Shown here piece by piece: positions 36,752 to 51,742 of a stretch of DNA of 64,000 bases. The position numbers and the translations under genes are program-made. Origin of the DNA: Octopus sinensis (Eukaryota); NCBI RefSeq assembly GCF_006345805.1, contig NC_043011.1, positions 30,454,464 to 30,518,463 of the forward strand. Direction: 5' to 3'. Within the stretch, counting starts at the first letter, position 1. Each line of letters begins with the position of its first letter. Under the pieces are notes generated by a model. That model was not told the origin of the DNA. It worked only from the letters and a program-made list of their open reading frames with translations, and did no database searches.

Positions 36752-37214
36752 ATTATATATATATATATATATATAGTTATATTGGGGTATTTATGCGTAT
36801 ACTTGGACACAACACAAGCATATTCACCCATTTATACATGAATTCATATGTAAAGGTATATTTACTTATACACACACATACACAAATAAAATAAAATAAT
36901 ATAATATATGCATATACCTGTATACACACACACACACACAGATGTATAAGTGGTTATTCGTGTTTGATAATATATATAGGTTTACATTTAAAAGTTATGA
37001 AATGTGAATGTTCATTCACTTACTCATATACACATTATTACAACAGACTCAGATGTACATAAGATTCCATATCTTTTATGCGTTTATTGCTTACATGTCT
37101 TTGAGTGTGCGCGTGTGTGTGTCACAATCTATGTATGTATGGTAGTATGTATGTATGTATGTATGTATGTATGTATGTATAATCTATCTATCTATCTATC
37201 TATCATATATCTAT

Positions 37215-37281
<67 letters not shown>

Positions 37282-37428
37282 AATTGCAGCGTGGAAGGTG
37301 TTTGTAAGCCATTTAAGAAAACACACAAAAGCCGTTCGATTCACTTCAACATTTAAGTTTATTTTTTTTAATTGTTTTCGTTTCAGCACACGATCTCAGA
37401 TCAAATCACTTGCTATGCGAGTACATCT

Positions 37429-37498
<70 letters not shown>

Positions 37499-37726
37499 CA
37501 TACATACATACATACATACGTACATATGTACATATATATACTTTCTGATTTAGTCACAAGATTAGTTGGCGGCTCTATTGACTCCAGTACTTGACTAGTA
37601 CCTTGCTTTATTGATCTCCGAAGGGATGAAAGGCAAAGCACACCTCGACAGGTTTTGAACCCAAAACCTAATGAGCCGAAAGAAATAAAGCAAAGTAATT
37701 TTCTTTAAAGTTGCCCTCTGCTCACC

Positions 37727-37762
<36 letters not shown>

Positions 37763-37914
37763 GTCTTTGTGTTACTTCTTTGTTTTGCGCGAGCGTATGT
37801 ATGTAAATATATATATATATTTATGTATGTATATAGATATAGTTATATATACTGTATATATATACACACACATATATATGTATATATACATGATATATAT
37901 ATATATATATATAT

Positions 37915-37963
<49 letters not shown>

Positions 37964-38014
37964 CAATACGTATATATATGCGTATATATGGTCTGTATGT
38001 ATGTAGTATATATA

Positions 38015-38057
<43 letters not shown>

Positions 38058-38916
38058 GTATATATATATATACATATATATAATACATATATACATATTA
38101 GACATACACACTGAGACACACACAACACATATTCTTTTCCTGATTACAATGATTGGGCCGAGATTATACTGGGACACGGCTCCCAAGGGCTTTGGCAGAT
38201 CCTATCGAAATGCGACACTTAATTTAGTTTGATACATATTGTATTCCTTTTTTGTCGAACCGCTATGTCGCAGATCTGGTGAACTCGACGGCGGGCGATA
38301 GAATCGAACTCAGAAACACGTGATTGCGAACCGAACTTCATAAACATATGTCTTATGTTTGTATGTGTGTATTTATCGAGGCTTGTATCTATTATTTGTG
38401 TATGTATGAATATCTCTATTCGCGTACGTTTGTTTGCACGTACGTATGTATGTATGTATGTATGTATGTATGTATGTATGTATTTATGTATGTATATATG
38501 TATGTATGTATGTATGTATGTGTGTATGTAGGTATGTATATATACATGTGTGTATGCATATATGAACATTAATGTATTTTTGTGTGTTGTGAGTGTATAA
38601 TATATATATATATATACATATATATTGTACTATGTATTGTGTGTATGTATGTATTATGTGTACCTAAATATATAATTGTTGTGTAATTATCGCTAAATAG
38701 TAGCCATTTTGCGTGAGTCAATCTTACGTAATTTTTACTAAATATCTCGTTAAATACTTTATAAAGCTGTCAGGTTGCTCCAGTGACATTTTAAACTTAC
38801 TTGGGTGTTGTGATAAATAGCCTTGCTTAGTCATCGGTGATCTCTGAATCTGTGTGTGTGTGTGCGTGTGTGTATGTATGTGTTTTGTGTGTGTGTGTGT
38901 GTGGAGGGGGTGCGCG

Positions 38917-38952
38917 CGTTTGACTACTTATAACTAGGTATATATACATAGA

Positions 38953-38984
<32 letters not shown>

Positions 38985-39156
38985 GTCTGCGTCTGTGTGT
39001 GTGTGTGTGTGTATGTGTGTTTGACTACTTATAACTAAGTATATATAGACTTGTGTGTGTGTGCGTGCGTTTCATTACTTGTAACTAAGTATATATATAT
39101 AGACATGAGTGTGTGTGTGCGTTTGACTACTTATAACTAAGTATACATAGACATGT
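38917..39156. repeat. Minisatellite: gtttgactacttataactaagtatatatagac x4 with variable (TG)n spacers
   Basis: Units at about 38918, 39019, 39069 and 39121. Confidence 0.9.
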
Positions 39157-40084
39157 GTTTGTATGTGTATGTGTATGTGTGTGTGCGTGTGTGTATGTGT
39201 GTGTGTGTGTATGTGTGTGTGTGTGTGTGAATGTCTTCGACACTAGCCTTTGTAGGTATGTGTCTTATGTATTTGATTTAATGTATATCTTTTAGCATCA
39301 TTACGTATATGTGTGAGAGCGAGAAAGAAAGAAAGAAAAAAGAAAGAAAGAAAAGAAAAAGAAAGATAGATAGATAGATAGAGAGAGAGACATCATATTT
39401 ATCTTTGTGTATGTATGTGTATGACCTTATGTAACTTTGTGTATGCGTGCGTAAATATTTGCATATACGTAACTCATCTTCAGTGTTTATTTTCTTGTTG
39501 CCATGTGTAACTCTGTCCATATATGTTTAACTGTATTATACAATTGTATATCTATAGATTATAGATTTTTTTTTTCTGTTTAGAAGTGCATGTGTGGTCA
39601 ATATCGATGAATGTGTGCCTGTATCTATTCACTTACGTACGTTGCTGTTTGTCGCTGAAAATATACTTCTTTAGATGTTCTCGTGTGTTTGTCTTTACTT
39701 TGCATGTACGCATCTGTGTCCATACTGAGCACGTGCTTACATCTGTGTTTGCATCTGCTAATTTTCATGGAATGTTTTGTATAGGTGTATGTGTATGTGT
39801 TTGTGTGTGCGCTAGCGATTGCATGTGTGTATGTGCGTCTGTGTGCGTGTGTGTGTGTGTAACTTATTGTCAGGAGTTTAAGTGGTGATAACGAAGTGTA
39901 AAACTCCTTTGAGGTTTGAAAATCTGGGTCGAGGAGTCGTTTGCTAAAAGACTGACTTTAAGTGGCCGCTTTTCCCTCCAATCACACGTTACAATCTTTT
40001 AAAGTAAAGAAAGGATAAAGCGCGACAAGACAAATTTCTGAGAGGACGGGGTGGTCACTGCTAAGATTTGACTGGTTCTCCGGC

Positions 40085-40250
40085 GGTTACGACGACAACG
40101 GTTCCAGTTGATCCGATCAACGGAAACAGCCTGCTTGTGGAATTAACGTGTGCAAGTGGCTGGGCACTCCGCAAACGCGCCTACCCTTAACTAGTTCACA
40201 GGGAGATTCAGTGTGACACAGAATATGACAAGGCTGACCCCCTTTAATCA
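40085..40250 (+). repeat. Interspersed repeat (family D); decayed second copy at 42918-43030
   Basis: Shared gtgcaagtgg...ccttaac...gacac. Confidence 0.6.
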
Positions 40251-41137
40251 ATGGTGTGCCCAGTCTGTATTGCTCTGGAGTCAAACCACCACCACCACCG
40301 CCACCACCACCACCACCAACAACAACAATAATGTTACCTCTACGATAGAATACTCGCCATCGATATTCGTAAATAATTAAGTGGAAATCTTCACCATTTC
40401 TTTGACAAGATACGAAAAGCTGTGGCATTCATGCTTTTCTGAAGCAGTGCTAGTGATGTCAGTCAAGTAAATCTGACCCCGACTAGGTTTAGAATCACAA
40501 CTGAGTAATTCAATGACCAGGTTTTACCCAAGAGCTAAATTTGGCATTATTCCCACCGCCCTAGCACTTACACATTAATATACTCAGTCTGTACATTTCC
40601 AGGCTCTGTCTTCGAACATCAGATTAGATGGGCATATCCTATATGTTCGCGAGACTTTAGATCATGTAGAGCAAAGTAAATATATATAGTCATACACTTA
40701 CATAATACATACACATATACCCAGAATATTACATTAAATTATGTAAAAAGTCATGATATTTTTTATGGGAATATGTATAACTGCATACTCTTTTTTCTTC
40801 TACAAGTCATGCATGAAGCGAATCCAGTACGGAGTGGTCCCTTTTAATCTTTAATTAACCACAAAAAAGAAAGATGATAGCAGAAACTAAATATCCCAGT
40901 TTGGTGATTTAACATTTGTTGCAATTGTAGCAGGTTCATGCTTTCCTGCCCTTTTACTTTGGTATAGGTTGTCGTATGCGTGTGTGTTTGTGTAAAAAGG
41001 AACAATGGGATGGGAATTAGTGAGATTCGGCCTTGTACAAAAGCATTAGAAGTGTAAGGGAAGTGGCTTCTATTGCCTTCAGGAATCGAAAGTGTATTGA
41101 CGATTCAGCTAAAGGTAACTTTCTGCTTTAGAATGTT

Positions 41138-41345
41138 CATCTTCACTACAGTATATACCACCTTCACTACGACGTATGACAGCTATAAAATGCTATATAT
41201 CCTCTTCTTTACGATATATTATCTTCACTATGATATATTCCGCCTTTAAGTACGGTATATACTATTTTCTATACGAGATAGATAAGCCGTTTTCGCTACG
41301 GTATATAGGACTACTCTACCCGGTACAATACCTTCACTAACATAT
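41138..41345. repeat. Decayed ~20-bp minisatellite (approx. ccttcactacggtatatac), about 10 units
   Basis: Recurring cttcactac / tacggtatata. Confidence 0.8.
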
Positions 41346-42223
41346 GATTAAAAAATACAAATATTTAAACATTGAATAAGCCGTACAAAAACATGTTTCC
41401 CCACCTGCATTGTCTCTGTGCGCGACCTGATTTATATAACGTATCTGAATAATTGCTTCATTTTTTGACAACGATCAAATGTCTCGTATTTTCAAATGAC
41501 GTAAGGAGTCATCTCGTATTTTAAAATGACGGTATCGTTTTGTACAATACACCTGAAGAAAAAAGAATGCTTGTAAAATAACACTGGCTCCAATTTGGGA
41601 CTGTATTCACAGTGTAGCTACAACTTACGTAACAAGTTTCTATTTTTATATCTTGTTTAGCGTGGAACATCAGAAAGTGACTGAATAGCTCTAAAGTAAA
41701 TGTACAATGTTTTGGCTGGTCTAAAGCATTCATTTTTAATTTATAGGGCAGGTAATTTTAATTTATAGGGCAATATAGAACGGTGACCATATATGTTCTC
41801 GTTTTATTTTATCGGAGTTGTTATCAATTCTTCATATGTCAGCGATTGCTTTAGCTGTGACCTTTAGAAGAGTTTACCTATTGATTATAAAGGTGACACA
41901 TTTGCTTTCATAATGCGTGTGTATAGATATATGTCTGTGTATCGCGCTCACTTTTCCTCTCTCTCTCTCTTTCTCTTTATGTGTATGTATATATACATGT
42001 ACATAGTACATCCATCTATCTGTTTCCCATAAGATGTTTGCTGCTGGTGCACCTGAACTTTTAATTTTTCACCTTTAATTTTTCGACTCCCTCGGATTCA
42101 TGTCTGGTTATGCTAGTGGCTCTACGATATGGTTACCGTTGGCTTCCATGGAACCTACTCGCCCTTTTCTAACCCTAATTGAGTAACACTGTAATTGTGT
42201 ATGTGCACTCACACGCACACACA

Positions 42224-42278
<55 letters not shown>

Positions 42279-43279
42279 GAAAGACAGAGACAGAAAGAGA
42301 GAGAGAGAGCAAAAAGAGAGAAAGAGAAAGTGGAGACATACAGGTGTTTGTGTGTGTATGAATATAGCTGTTTGAAGGTGACATATTGGCAGAAAAATTC
42401 AAATGTCAGGTACAACAACTTGTAAAAGAGTGATGGGTTCCAGCAGGTTAGCGTGCCTAGAACACAGAGGTCGGATATTTTAACTATGAATACACTAGAG
42501 ACAGACATAACAGTCAAACAATCGTCTGCCACTATAATTCAATATTTGTTTGCTTCCTCTCGAAGCAAAGATCATTTCTATAAATCAATGAATTACTTTG
42601 CATGCATTGGATGTATATTTATTTAATTCTGATACCCAAGTTCGTGCCCTTCTTCATTCAGAATTTATTGTCTTAGCTCGCATACGTCATGTATTCTTAG
42701 TTAAATGACAATAACGAGCATTTACAATCAAGTATCCTGCGCATCATTAGATCCTGGATTACGAGAAATGATTCGTTTTTCTAGCAGCCTAGCTTGGTCT
42801 GAACAGAACTCTTTGATTTGTAAAAGACAGTCAGTGAGAGTTCAAGCAGCCTTAATAGAAAACCAATACTGAAAGCTAAGAACTAAAGGCAATGTGAGTG
42901 TACATCCAATCAGAGAGTGCAAGTGGTTGATACATGTACGGATAAATGAATCCTTAACGTAAATCTCAGAAACACAATCTACACGACATGGTATTTGTCA
43001 TGGTTGTATCTTTTGAATTACAGGTACAAGCCATTCGACGGTCGTCTGTATGGTTTCAGTTTTCTCAATTTCGGGGCGTAAGGAAATGACATTTTTCCAA
43101 GATGCCACGCAGCGGAATCAAAACCGGACCTGGTGGTTACGAAGTGAACTTCTTAAACCTTCAGCCATATTGTGCCGTGTCACCAGCACCCCCACCACAT
43201 GCACATATATGTAGAATATATAATCATATATATATATTTATATGTATGCACATGCATATATATATATATATATATATAT

Positions 43280-43416
43280 ACCAAATCCACTCACAAGGTT
43301 TGATCGGTCCAAGGCTATAGTAGAAGACAATCGCCCAAGGTGCCACGCAGTGGGACTCAACACGGAACCATATGGTTGGGAAGCAAGCTTCTTACCACCC
43401 CCCCACGCCTGCGCCT
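43280..43416 (-). mobile_element. SINE family B 5' half
   Basis: ccaaatccactcacaagg...gtgccacgcagtgggact...cacgcctgcgcct. Confidence 0.85.
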
Positions 43417-44363
43417 ATATATATATATATATATATAATATATATATATATAAAACATATAGTATCAGAGGTTCAGGTCTTTCCTCCAACATGGTTAGTC
43501 GCTTCACAGTATGAGGACCAGTGTCTGATGAGAGGCTTACTGCTGTTTTCTATTAGCAATTAAAAGAAAAATGAGTGAGTGTAACTTGATTTGTGAAGTC
43601 TAAACGTATAGCCGTAGAAACAGTGTCCTCTGGACTTTGGACATGCCATAGTTATTGTTGGTTTTTAGTATCATATCAACCGTACATGAAGAGTCCAATG
43701 TTGCAAGACATTTCGTCTATAGCCATTTTGTGCTCCTCAGAGAGTGTAGAGTAAATGACTCCCTTCCTTGCCAAAGATGTCAGCAGTGATTTGAGAGAGA
43801 TTTGGCAGTTGTTTTGAGTAGGTTACTCTTGCGGATTCTTCTGAGTGATTTTCCACATCTATCATTTCTACAAGCACTCCCATTTACACAAGCCCCCAAT
43901 TCTTGTTTTTTATTTTTCATTTATTTTATTCTTTACTTTTCTTTCATTTTCTTTCTTTCTTTTCTTCCTTCATTCCTTCCTTCTTTCTTCCTCATTCGCC
44001 CTCCTTACCCACCCACCCTCTCTCTCTCGCCCACTCACTCTTGGTTTTTCTTCAACCATGAAAATTATTCTTCGTTGTGTGAGAATTCTCTCTCTTACTT
44101 TTTGTTCATCTGCCTCTTTCCTCCGCCCTCTCTCTCCCCCTCCTCCCTCTCTCTCCCCCTCCTCCCTCTCTTTTTCTCTCCCCTTCTCTCTCTCTCTCTT
44201 TGTTAACGCCACCAAATATTTCTCTAGTGAGTCAGGTAATATAGTTTTAGAGAAATTTTCACCTCAACAATTTTATTTGGTTTTTAAACTTTCCTATAAC
44301 TTATCATCGACAGAGCTGCTTGAAAACAGTTGCTTATATCTTGTATGTACCAATAAGACCACG

Positions 44364-44404
44364 CTTCACTGAAGAGATCTAATCAGAACGAAACATGTCC
44401 AAAG
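44364..44404 (+). ncRNA. Minimal type I hammerhead ribozyme, decayed stems
   Basis: cttca-CTGAAGA-gatct aatc agaac-GAAA-CATG-TC-caaag: intact core, palindromic stem III ACATGT, GUC triplet. Confidence 0.6.
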
Positions 44405-44584
44405 TTATCACCGTACTTATACCTAAGATCATGCCCACACACTGCTTCGTGTCCATTCCATTTACATTTTTACTTTAATTCGAATTACTGAGTTGTGCTC
44501 CTTAATGGCTTTATAATATTTTTACATGATAAATAGTAGTGGCCTAAGGCTAAAGACTTTCTGATGGCAAACTCTCATGAGTAC

Positions 44585-44905
44585 AAGCCAGCTGGATCGT
44601 TAGAGCGCTCGAAGAAAATACTTTGCGGCGTTTGTTCCGGTTCCGTACATTCTGAGATCAGAATGTAATCAACCTAATCCTTTTGTCTGTCCTTGTTTGT
44701 CTCCTCTATGTTTAGCCCCTTGTGGGCAGAAAAAGAAATAAGAATGGTTAGCATACTGGGAAAAATGTTTAGCGATGTTTCGTCCATCTTATGTTTCGAG
44801 TTGAAATTCCATCGAGTTCGGCTTTTCTTTTCATTCTTTCGGAGTCGATAAAATTAGTACCAGTCGAGTATTTGGGTCGTTGTAACCGACTAACCTCTAA
44901 ACTAA
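44585..44905 (+). mobile_element. SINE family A diverged dimer
   Basis: Tail tttgtctgtccttgtttgtc...aaagaaata joined to agaatggttagc. Confidence 0.8.
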
Positions 44906-44915
44906 TTTCTGTGTA

Positions 44916-44973
<58 letters not shown>

Positions 44974-45424
44974 TGTATGTGTGTGTGTGTGTGTGTATGT
45001 GTTTGACACACACACATACACACACAGTATTTAGACTGATACAGATATGTAGACCTAAATAATGTCAGGCAAACGGCCTTAAACTTGCATACACAACATA
45101 TATATGCAAACCTCATTAACCAGCTGACACACACACACACACACATGTGTATGAATATATACATACTTACATTCACACGCGTACGTGTATGAATGAATAT
45201 ATACATACATACATACATACACTCACACAGGCACGTGTATGAATGTATACATACAAACACTCACGCAAACACGTACACATACATACGCGCGCGCACACAG
45301 CACACAACACACACATGCGATCATACAAACACAAACGTGCCCATCTAATAGAGCAATTTTTGAAAATGACGAAACCTTAATTACATTAATCAGTGGCTGT
45401 AAATTTGTGTGTGTGTGTGTGTGC

Positions 45425-45471
<47 letters not shown>

Positions 45472-46461
45472 TGTGTGTGTATTTGTGGATATTTGTATAA
45501 TGGCCCCATTATTCAGTATACGATGTTAGCTATGTTGTTATGGGAAACGTTTATGCAACAACACTTTACGCAGGGAAATGATTCCTTGGAGCGGGAGTAC
45601 AGTAAATGCAACGCTGCTTTATTGTAGGGGGGGGGGCCTTAAGTGTCGCTCTCCAAGTCAGGGCTTATTGATATAATGGCCCCTTGTTCTTTTGTTCAGG
45701 AAAATAATCAAGTCATTTTCTACTATTGTTGGCTTCCATTAAGTAAATCAACAGATTATACACAGCAGCAGCAGTAGTAGTAATAGCATTACTAGCAGTA
45801 GTGATTGTTGGTTAATAGCTGGTATTGTTGTTGTTGTTACTTTAATGTAATTATTATTCTATTGTGGTTGTTGTTGTTGTTGTTGTGGCTGCAACCACTT
45901 ATGTTGCTGTCGATACGGTCTCTGTTACCATCGTTATATTACTTTGATATTGCAGTTGTTTGTGTTGCTGTTGTTGTTGGTGTTGTTGTTGTTGTAGCAT
46001 ATGCTACTTTTGATGTACTTCCTGATGTGGTTATTGCTTCCAACAAGTAAAAATGTTGTTGTTTTTGCAGTATATATATATATTTTTTAATTTTCTCTAT
46101 GGTGTCACATTGTCGATGTTGCAACTGTTGTTCTGCTTTTATTATATCGTACAAAGAAGCAGAGGGACAGTCCCCACTGCTTTCTTCCCAGGCTAAAGTA
46201 ATGGTTAATAGATTTCATCGTTTAACTTGAACTTGTACCGCTTGATTTTCGTAAGAGAGTTTCAAATGGCTTATTTACTCTGAGAATGGAAGATTAAGCT
46301 AAGTGTTTTGTCTAAATGTTTGAACAGGGTATCTGAGTGGTAGAAAATGGTGGTAGAAGATTAATTTCATTCGTCTGCGCATTAACCATACAGCTTCATA
46401 GTTCTGAGCAATATTTCTGCAACTGTTTTTGTTGTTTAGTCATGTGCCTGTCCCAATTAAA

Positions 46462-46691
46462 CATACCTATTTCTTTACTACCCACAAGGGGCTAAACACA
46501 GAGAGGACAAACAAGGACAGACAAACGGATTAAGTCGATTATATCGACCCCAGTGCGTAACTGGTACTTATTTAATCGACCCCGAAAGGATGAAAGGCAA
46601 AGTTGACCTCGGCGGAATTTGAACTCAGAACGTAACAGCAGACGAAATACGGCTACGCATTTCGCCCGGCGTGCTAACGTTTCATACCTAT
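46462..46691 (-). mobile_element. SINE family A, young 5'-truncated copy
   Basis: Near-consensus sequence; catacctat flanks both ends. Confidence 0.9.
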
Positions 46692-47608
46692 GATCAAAAG
46701 TGTTCCAGTCATGATTATATCATTTACTGTTTTTAAACAGATACTACCAATAAATGACAATACTTATTCAATGACGGTAAGGAATAATTTGAGAGAGACT
46801 TGGCTACTGTTTGTTTCTATTAGGTGGAATGACGACACAAAAACCCCGTAGTAGGTTAATTAATTATAGCTGTTGAAAGCGCAGTTGCAATAATACCCTT
46901 CCAGTCTCATCGCCATTTGTCCACACCCACACATTCACACAAGTTACCAGCTATTTGGGAATTTGGGATGAGCTGAGAGAGAGAGAGAGAGAGGTCAGGT
47001 AACACCAAAACTGATTTATTTGTTAGACTGATTGCTTCTATCCACCGAGACAGTCCTGCCACTCGCTTCAACAATCTCATACCGAACATTCCACACAAGC
47101 TACACCCTGACAATATACCTGTTTTCATTTCGCTATTCAGTTACACATTACTAGCTCAGAACAAAACACAATGAACCAAGCTTTAACACTTATATACTAC
47201 TTGACAGTATAGTTACACCCTCCCCCCTTTTAAGCAAAATAAGTGGCCAATCAGAAACCTTCATTCAGAGCTGAAAATAAAACATCGCAAGAATGAAGCA
47301 CCTCAAAACAAAAATGAATTAAACTTGAAAAACTAAATTTAAAAGTTTCGTTTTTGGAAAGTCAACAACTATTGAAAATGTCGCAAGACGCAACGAAAAT
47401 TTTAGAAAAATAAGTAAATATTTTAGAAAAATTTTAGAAAAATACGTAAATGAGTGTAATTTTTTACCGGTGAGTGTGTTAAAGGCACTAAAAGAGAATG
47501 AGTCTCCCCATACACAACTAAGTAAAAAAGTGAAACGAAAATAATGTTTCGAAATATTCAAATCATCCTTATTTCTCCCAAAATATTTAAAAATTATTTC
47601 ACATATTG

Positions 47609-47673
<65 letters not shown>

Positions 47674-47729
47674 GTTGGTTTCATATTTATAAAGACACTC
47701 ACCAAATCCCAATTGAAGGACATTGTCAT

Positions 47730-48320
47730 CGTTGTTTTTTCTTTAACAACAGGTCAACCCTAATCTAGTAGACGCATGACCAAAGACAATCTGGTTTGAT
47801 CATTCACGCCTTTCTTCACAGATATAGTACATCTGGAAGGACATTATGCAACGTAGATAGTGGAGTGTAGTTTTTAAAGGGACTTGGTTAGAGAGGCTTC
47901 ATCATTCGCTGGTAGAGATGATAGAGGTACTGTTTGAGCAGACTTATGGAGAAAGCATACAAGCTGTGACTTTCCTGTCATTTTTAGGCATTGTGTATTT
48001 CGAACTACCTTATAAATACCTGTCCTTTCTATTCAAAAGGTGTGTAATCTGAAGAAAATTTAGCTGCTATTTTTAGCAGGTTAAGTTACTGAATAGTGAT
48101 TAATTTGCTTCTATAGTTTTTAGTTGAATAGTTTTTAATATAGTTGGCGGCCCAAGGTTCGGTGAGACCTATGAGTAAAACCATCCAAGCCGTGGCCAAT
48201 CCATATATTTCTAAGATATAATATATCTAGGACTACATTACCTCGTATATCCTTGCTGTTTAAAGATAACAGTGAGATTTGGTTGCTATTTCTAGCCAAC
48301 CGAATGACGCATAGAGATTC
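47730..48320 (+). repeat. Cluster of ancient interspersed repeat family E (..ctaggactacatta..gatttggctgctatttctagc..)
   Basis: Three decayed units here; similar motifs near 7626(-), 43800, 46795, 50696(-) and 56390. Confidence 0.6.
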
Positions 48321-48894
48321 TCTTTCTGGTTCGACCCACTTCCCGCATTGGCTAATTTGATGTGTTTGCTAATTCTTGTGCATCTTCCAATGCACGTATT
48401 TATTCTATTTTATTGATCCCCGGGCCTAAAACTAACACTTTCCTTGAAATACGAATACAAATGTTAGTAAACTTGTATTTCCGTTCTGTCACCAAATACA
48501 ATTAAACGAAAAACTTAAAATCTTAAGATGAAAGCAATACTGCTTGGAGATAAATTAACATGTGAGCGATAACAAAAAGTGAATTTAAGAATGTTTACGT
48601 TTTCTCTTTACACAGTTTCCAATTTGTGCATGACTAACCAAACTGTCACCATAACAACGCCATGGTAATGCAGGAAAATGTATATTTGCCTAAAGAAATA
48701 TATGTTTAGACATCAATAAAAAAAACTGAATAAAATAGGATAAATTAATTCATTGGAGAATTCTAAGAACTTGTGGATGTGTGACTAAATCTGAAACCGT
48801 GTTATGTATCTTAATTTATGACACATGCCAGGTATGTGTACGAGGGTTCTCGCAAGTGTGATGACAAAGTGGGCATAACCTTTTTATTAAGTTA

Positions 48895-49250
48895 TACAGG
48901 CCGTTCAAATTACACGTGTTGGTAGAGTAACTCTTCCTCTGTACAAGGAATACGAATTTGCCGTACTCCTCAACATAGGCTCTATTGTAGACGATACATT
49001 TGCGCCATCGTTGAACTCAGCTCTCGAACCCTCTTTGAAAAATAAATTCAGTTGTGCAACATTGTAGTTACTTCTTCCCAGCAATTTCAGCTTGTCATTG
49101 TCATCAAAACATTGTGGAAGCAGAGTGCGACACCAGGTCAGGGCTGTACGGTGAGTGGGAGAACCACTGATCAACACAATTTGTTTATTTTTCGTAAACA
49201 ACTTCCAGCCTTCAGTGAATGTCGAACAGCATGGACCACTTATTTTGTTA
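48895..49250 (-). pseudogene. Mariner transposase C-terminal remnant
   Basis: Minus strand: HSPYSPDL and FFKEGFES*VQRWRKCIVYNRAYVE. Confidence 0.8.
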
Positions 49251-50341
49251 TGAATTTAGTTACTTCTGCTTGAAATCTTCTATTTGTCTGAAAGGAAAAA
49301 ACACGAGTAAGAGTTAATATAAAGGAATAATTACTCAGTTGAAATGACCTATATTAGTTACTAAAAAGATTATGCAAACTTGTGCATTACATTCAAAACA
49401 ACTGTCGGGCAGTTTTAAACCAACGATGAATCTAAGCCACATACGTACTACACTAGGGTATGTACCTAAAAAAATGAAGAAAGTAAAAGAGAGAGGGTTT
49501 CATTTCATCCATATGAGAATACGCCTTTCTATCATGGTTGTTACCTCTTCAAGGATATCGTCCCCTCATTTTGGTTGTTATTTTCTCTTGCTTTCTTGTG
49601 TCTTCACCTTGGTTGCAATCTACTCCTGTGGATTTAGTAGAGGGTTTCTGTTCGAAATTCTAACGATGTTACCATATACAACCGATATATGAAGTTGACC
49701 GAAAGCTACAGAGGGCTGAAATGCTGTGACTGTAATAACAAAAATGAATACACTAGTCAAGATACATTTTATAATATGTATGCGGCTTAGTGCTTGAGTT
49801 AGAAATCAATATTTCATGCAGTTTGTGAAGTGGACACTAACATAAATAATGTAGTAGTAATCCAAAAAAATCATAATTAATTAAAGTTGCACTCGTAAGT
49901 AATGATATAAAAATAATTAGCTTAATAAATTATTCTGGTTAGGAAAAGCAGAGGTTCTAGATCATTACTAATCATTGAGATAATTATTTTTTTCTCATTA
50001 CTAAGAGTCTAATCTGAATTAATTAAAAATTTCTTGTGTCACTATATTAATTATGTTAGTGCTCAGTTTACTTTCAGCTTTTCGTGCAATAGGCGACTCT
50101 GAACATCCCCCCCTCATTCCCAAGTAATTTTCTTGCTTTTAAATGTATTGTATATGAAAAGATTAACAACATGGTTAAGTTTCTGCTCATGTAGATGTTG
50201 TATATAATAACAAGGTATTCACACCCGCCCATAGATACAATGTCAGTAAAAATTATGGCTATATACAGAATAATATCATTGAAACATCATTGTATTTAAA
50301 CACCTTCTACATATTTAGACACGCATAAATAAATGTATACA

Positions 50342-50558
50342 TATGAGGCGGGGTACTGAAAAGTTCCTAGCTTTAAGGGTATTGCAAAAGGCGTGATTGG
50401 AGGCTCAGCCTTCCGAGTTCTTTTACAAGGTATAGAAAAACTGAAGGACCGCTGCAGTAAGAGTGCGAATCAGGGAGGGGAATATTTTGAAGAAAATCAC
50501 AACTGATCCTCTTGTATTTTCTTTCACCCAAAGCAGGAACTTTTCAGCACAGCCTCGT
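50342..50558 (+). mobile_element. Mariner-derived MITE
   Basis: TIRs ..gtactgaaaagttcct / aggaacttttcagcac..; internal transposase C-terminal remnant (..EKLKDRC...GEYFE). Confidence 0.85.
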
Positions 50559-51467
50559 GCACTTATGTGCTCGATCACACACACACACACACACACAAAC
50601 ACAAACACAAACACAAACACACACACACACACACACGCACACACGTACTTAATGGTTGATCCGCTAGAAGTAACAGCGTGTGTTAGTTGATCTGCTAGAA
50701 ATGACTGCGAAAACTACATCTTAGCAGATTACAAAAAAAGGACGGATATACTGCTGAATGTAATCCAATATATTGTCTAAAAATGAGATGAGATGGTCAT
50801 GGCTGGGACGCTTTGAGCATATATCTACTTCGAAACGAGCTCACCTGGTGCTAAACTATAACTATGTGTAAATATGTATGTAAACGTAAATATTTCGTTT
50901 AAACGTACGTTTGAAACGTGCATCACAAATTACGTACGAATAAAGACACACACGTACATGCGTGTTTGCACACACACGCGTGCACACGCGTACACACAGA
51001 GACTCGCCTGCAAGATCACCTGTGTTACTGCACTCTCACCTTTTCATATTCCAGCGCGATCTATGACTAAACATTTCATTAACACCTGGCTTTCCACCCG
51101 CTTCGTTTTTCAGGTGTTGCAGGAGTAATAAAATCGAGGCCAGACAGTTCAAAACCCACCCCCTTCTCTCTCTCTCTCCCCCTTCTCCCTCGCTCTGTCT
51201 CTCAATAAGTAGTTAAATAAGTATGCATTTACCGTTGACTTTCAAACCACACACATGTGCGCGCGCGCGCGAACGAATCTTCTTTCAAGACGTTCAATAT
51301 CATTGTTGGAGAGCGTTGCAAACATGCCTGATTTTATTGTTTCGGCTTTGAGTTCAGTGTGAGGGTTCGATACACAATCGGTAAATTCTCAATGTGTCCA
51401 TTTCACACGTTCGATACACTTAGAAGCTATTCTGTTTTATGTGCTAGCTCCCGCTAACTTTAGAAAA

Positions 51468-51742
51468 CAGTGTTTCCCAAACTTTTTCAGGCTGCCGCCC
51501 TCAGGCCACATTCCTAGCGCCCCCTCGCCCTCTCCATCACAAATATAGACCGCTTTCTGCAGAAAATTCAAAACAACTGTATTTTACAAATAAAACTTAA
51601 ACTTAATTAAACTACCAATATATTTTTTTACATCTATCACCCCATTTTGGCCACCCCATTATCATCCCCCTTTTCATCAACGCAATCCTGGATCTTTCCA
51701 CCGCTCCCAAGGGAGCAGTACTTCCCACTTTGGGAACCACTG
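51468..51742. mobile_element. hAT (Charlie-like) MITE
   Basis: TIRs cagtgtttcccaaa / tttgggaaccactg; near-TSD ctttagaa on both sides (left copy offset by 2 A). Confidence 0.85.

Noticed and set aside
48613-48670. RFX X-box match gtcaccataacaac (48645-48658) and a possible 49-nt micro-exon
   Set aside because: By rough estimate the degenerate motif is expected about once by chance in a window this size; no other support.
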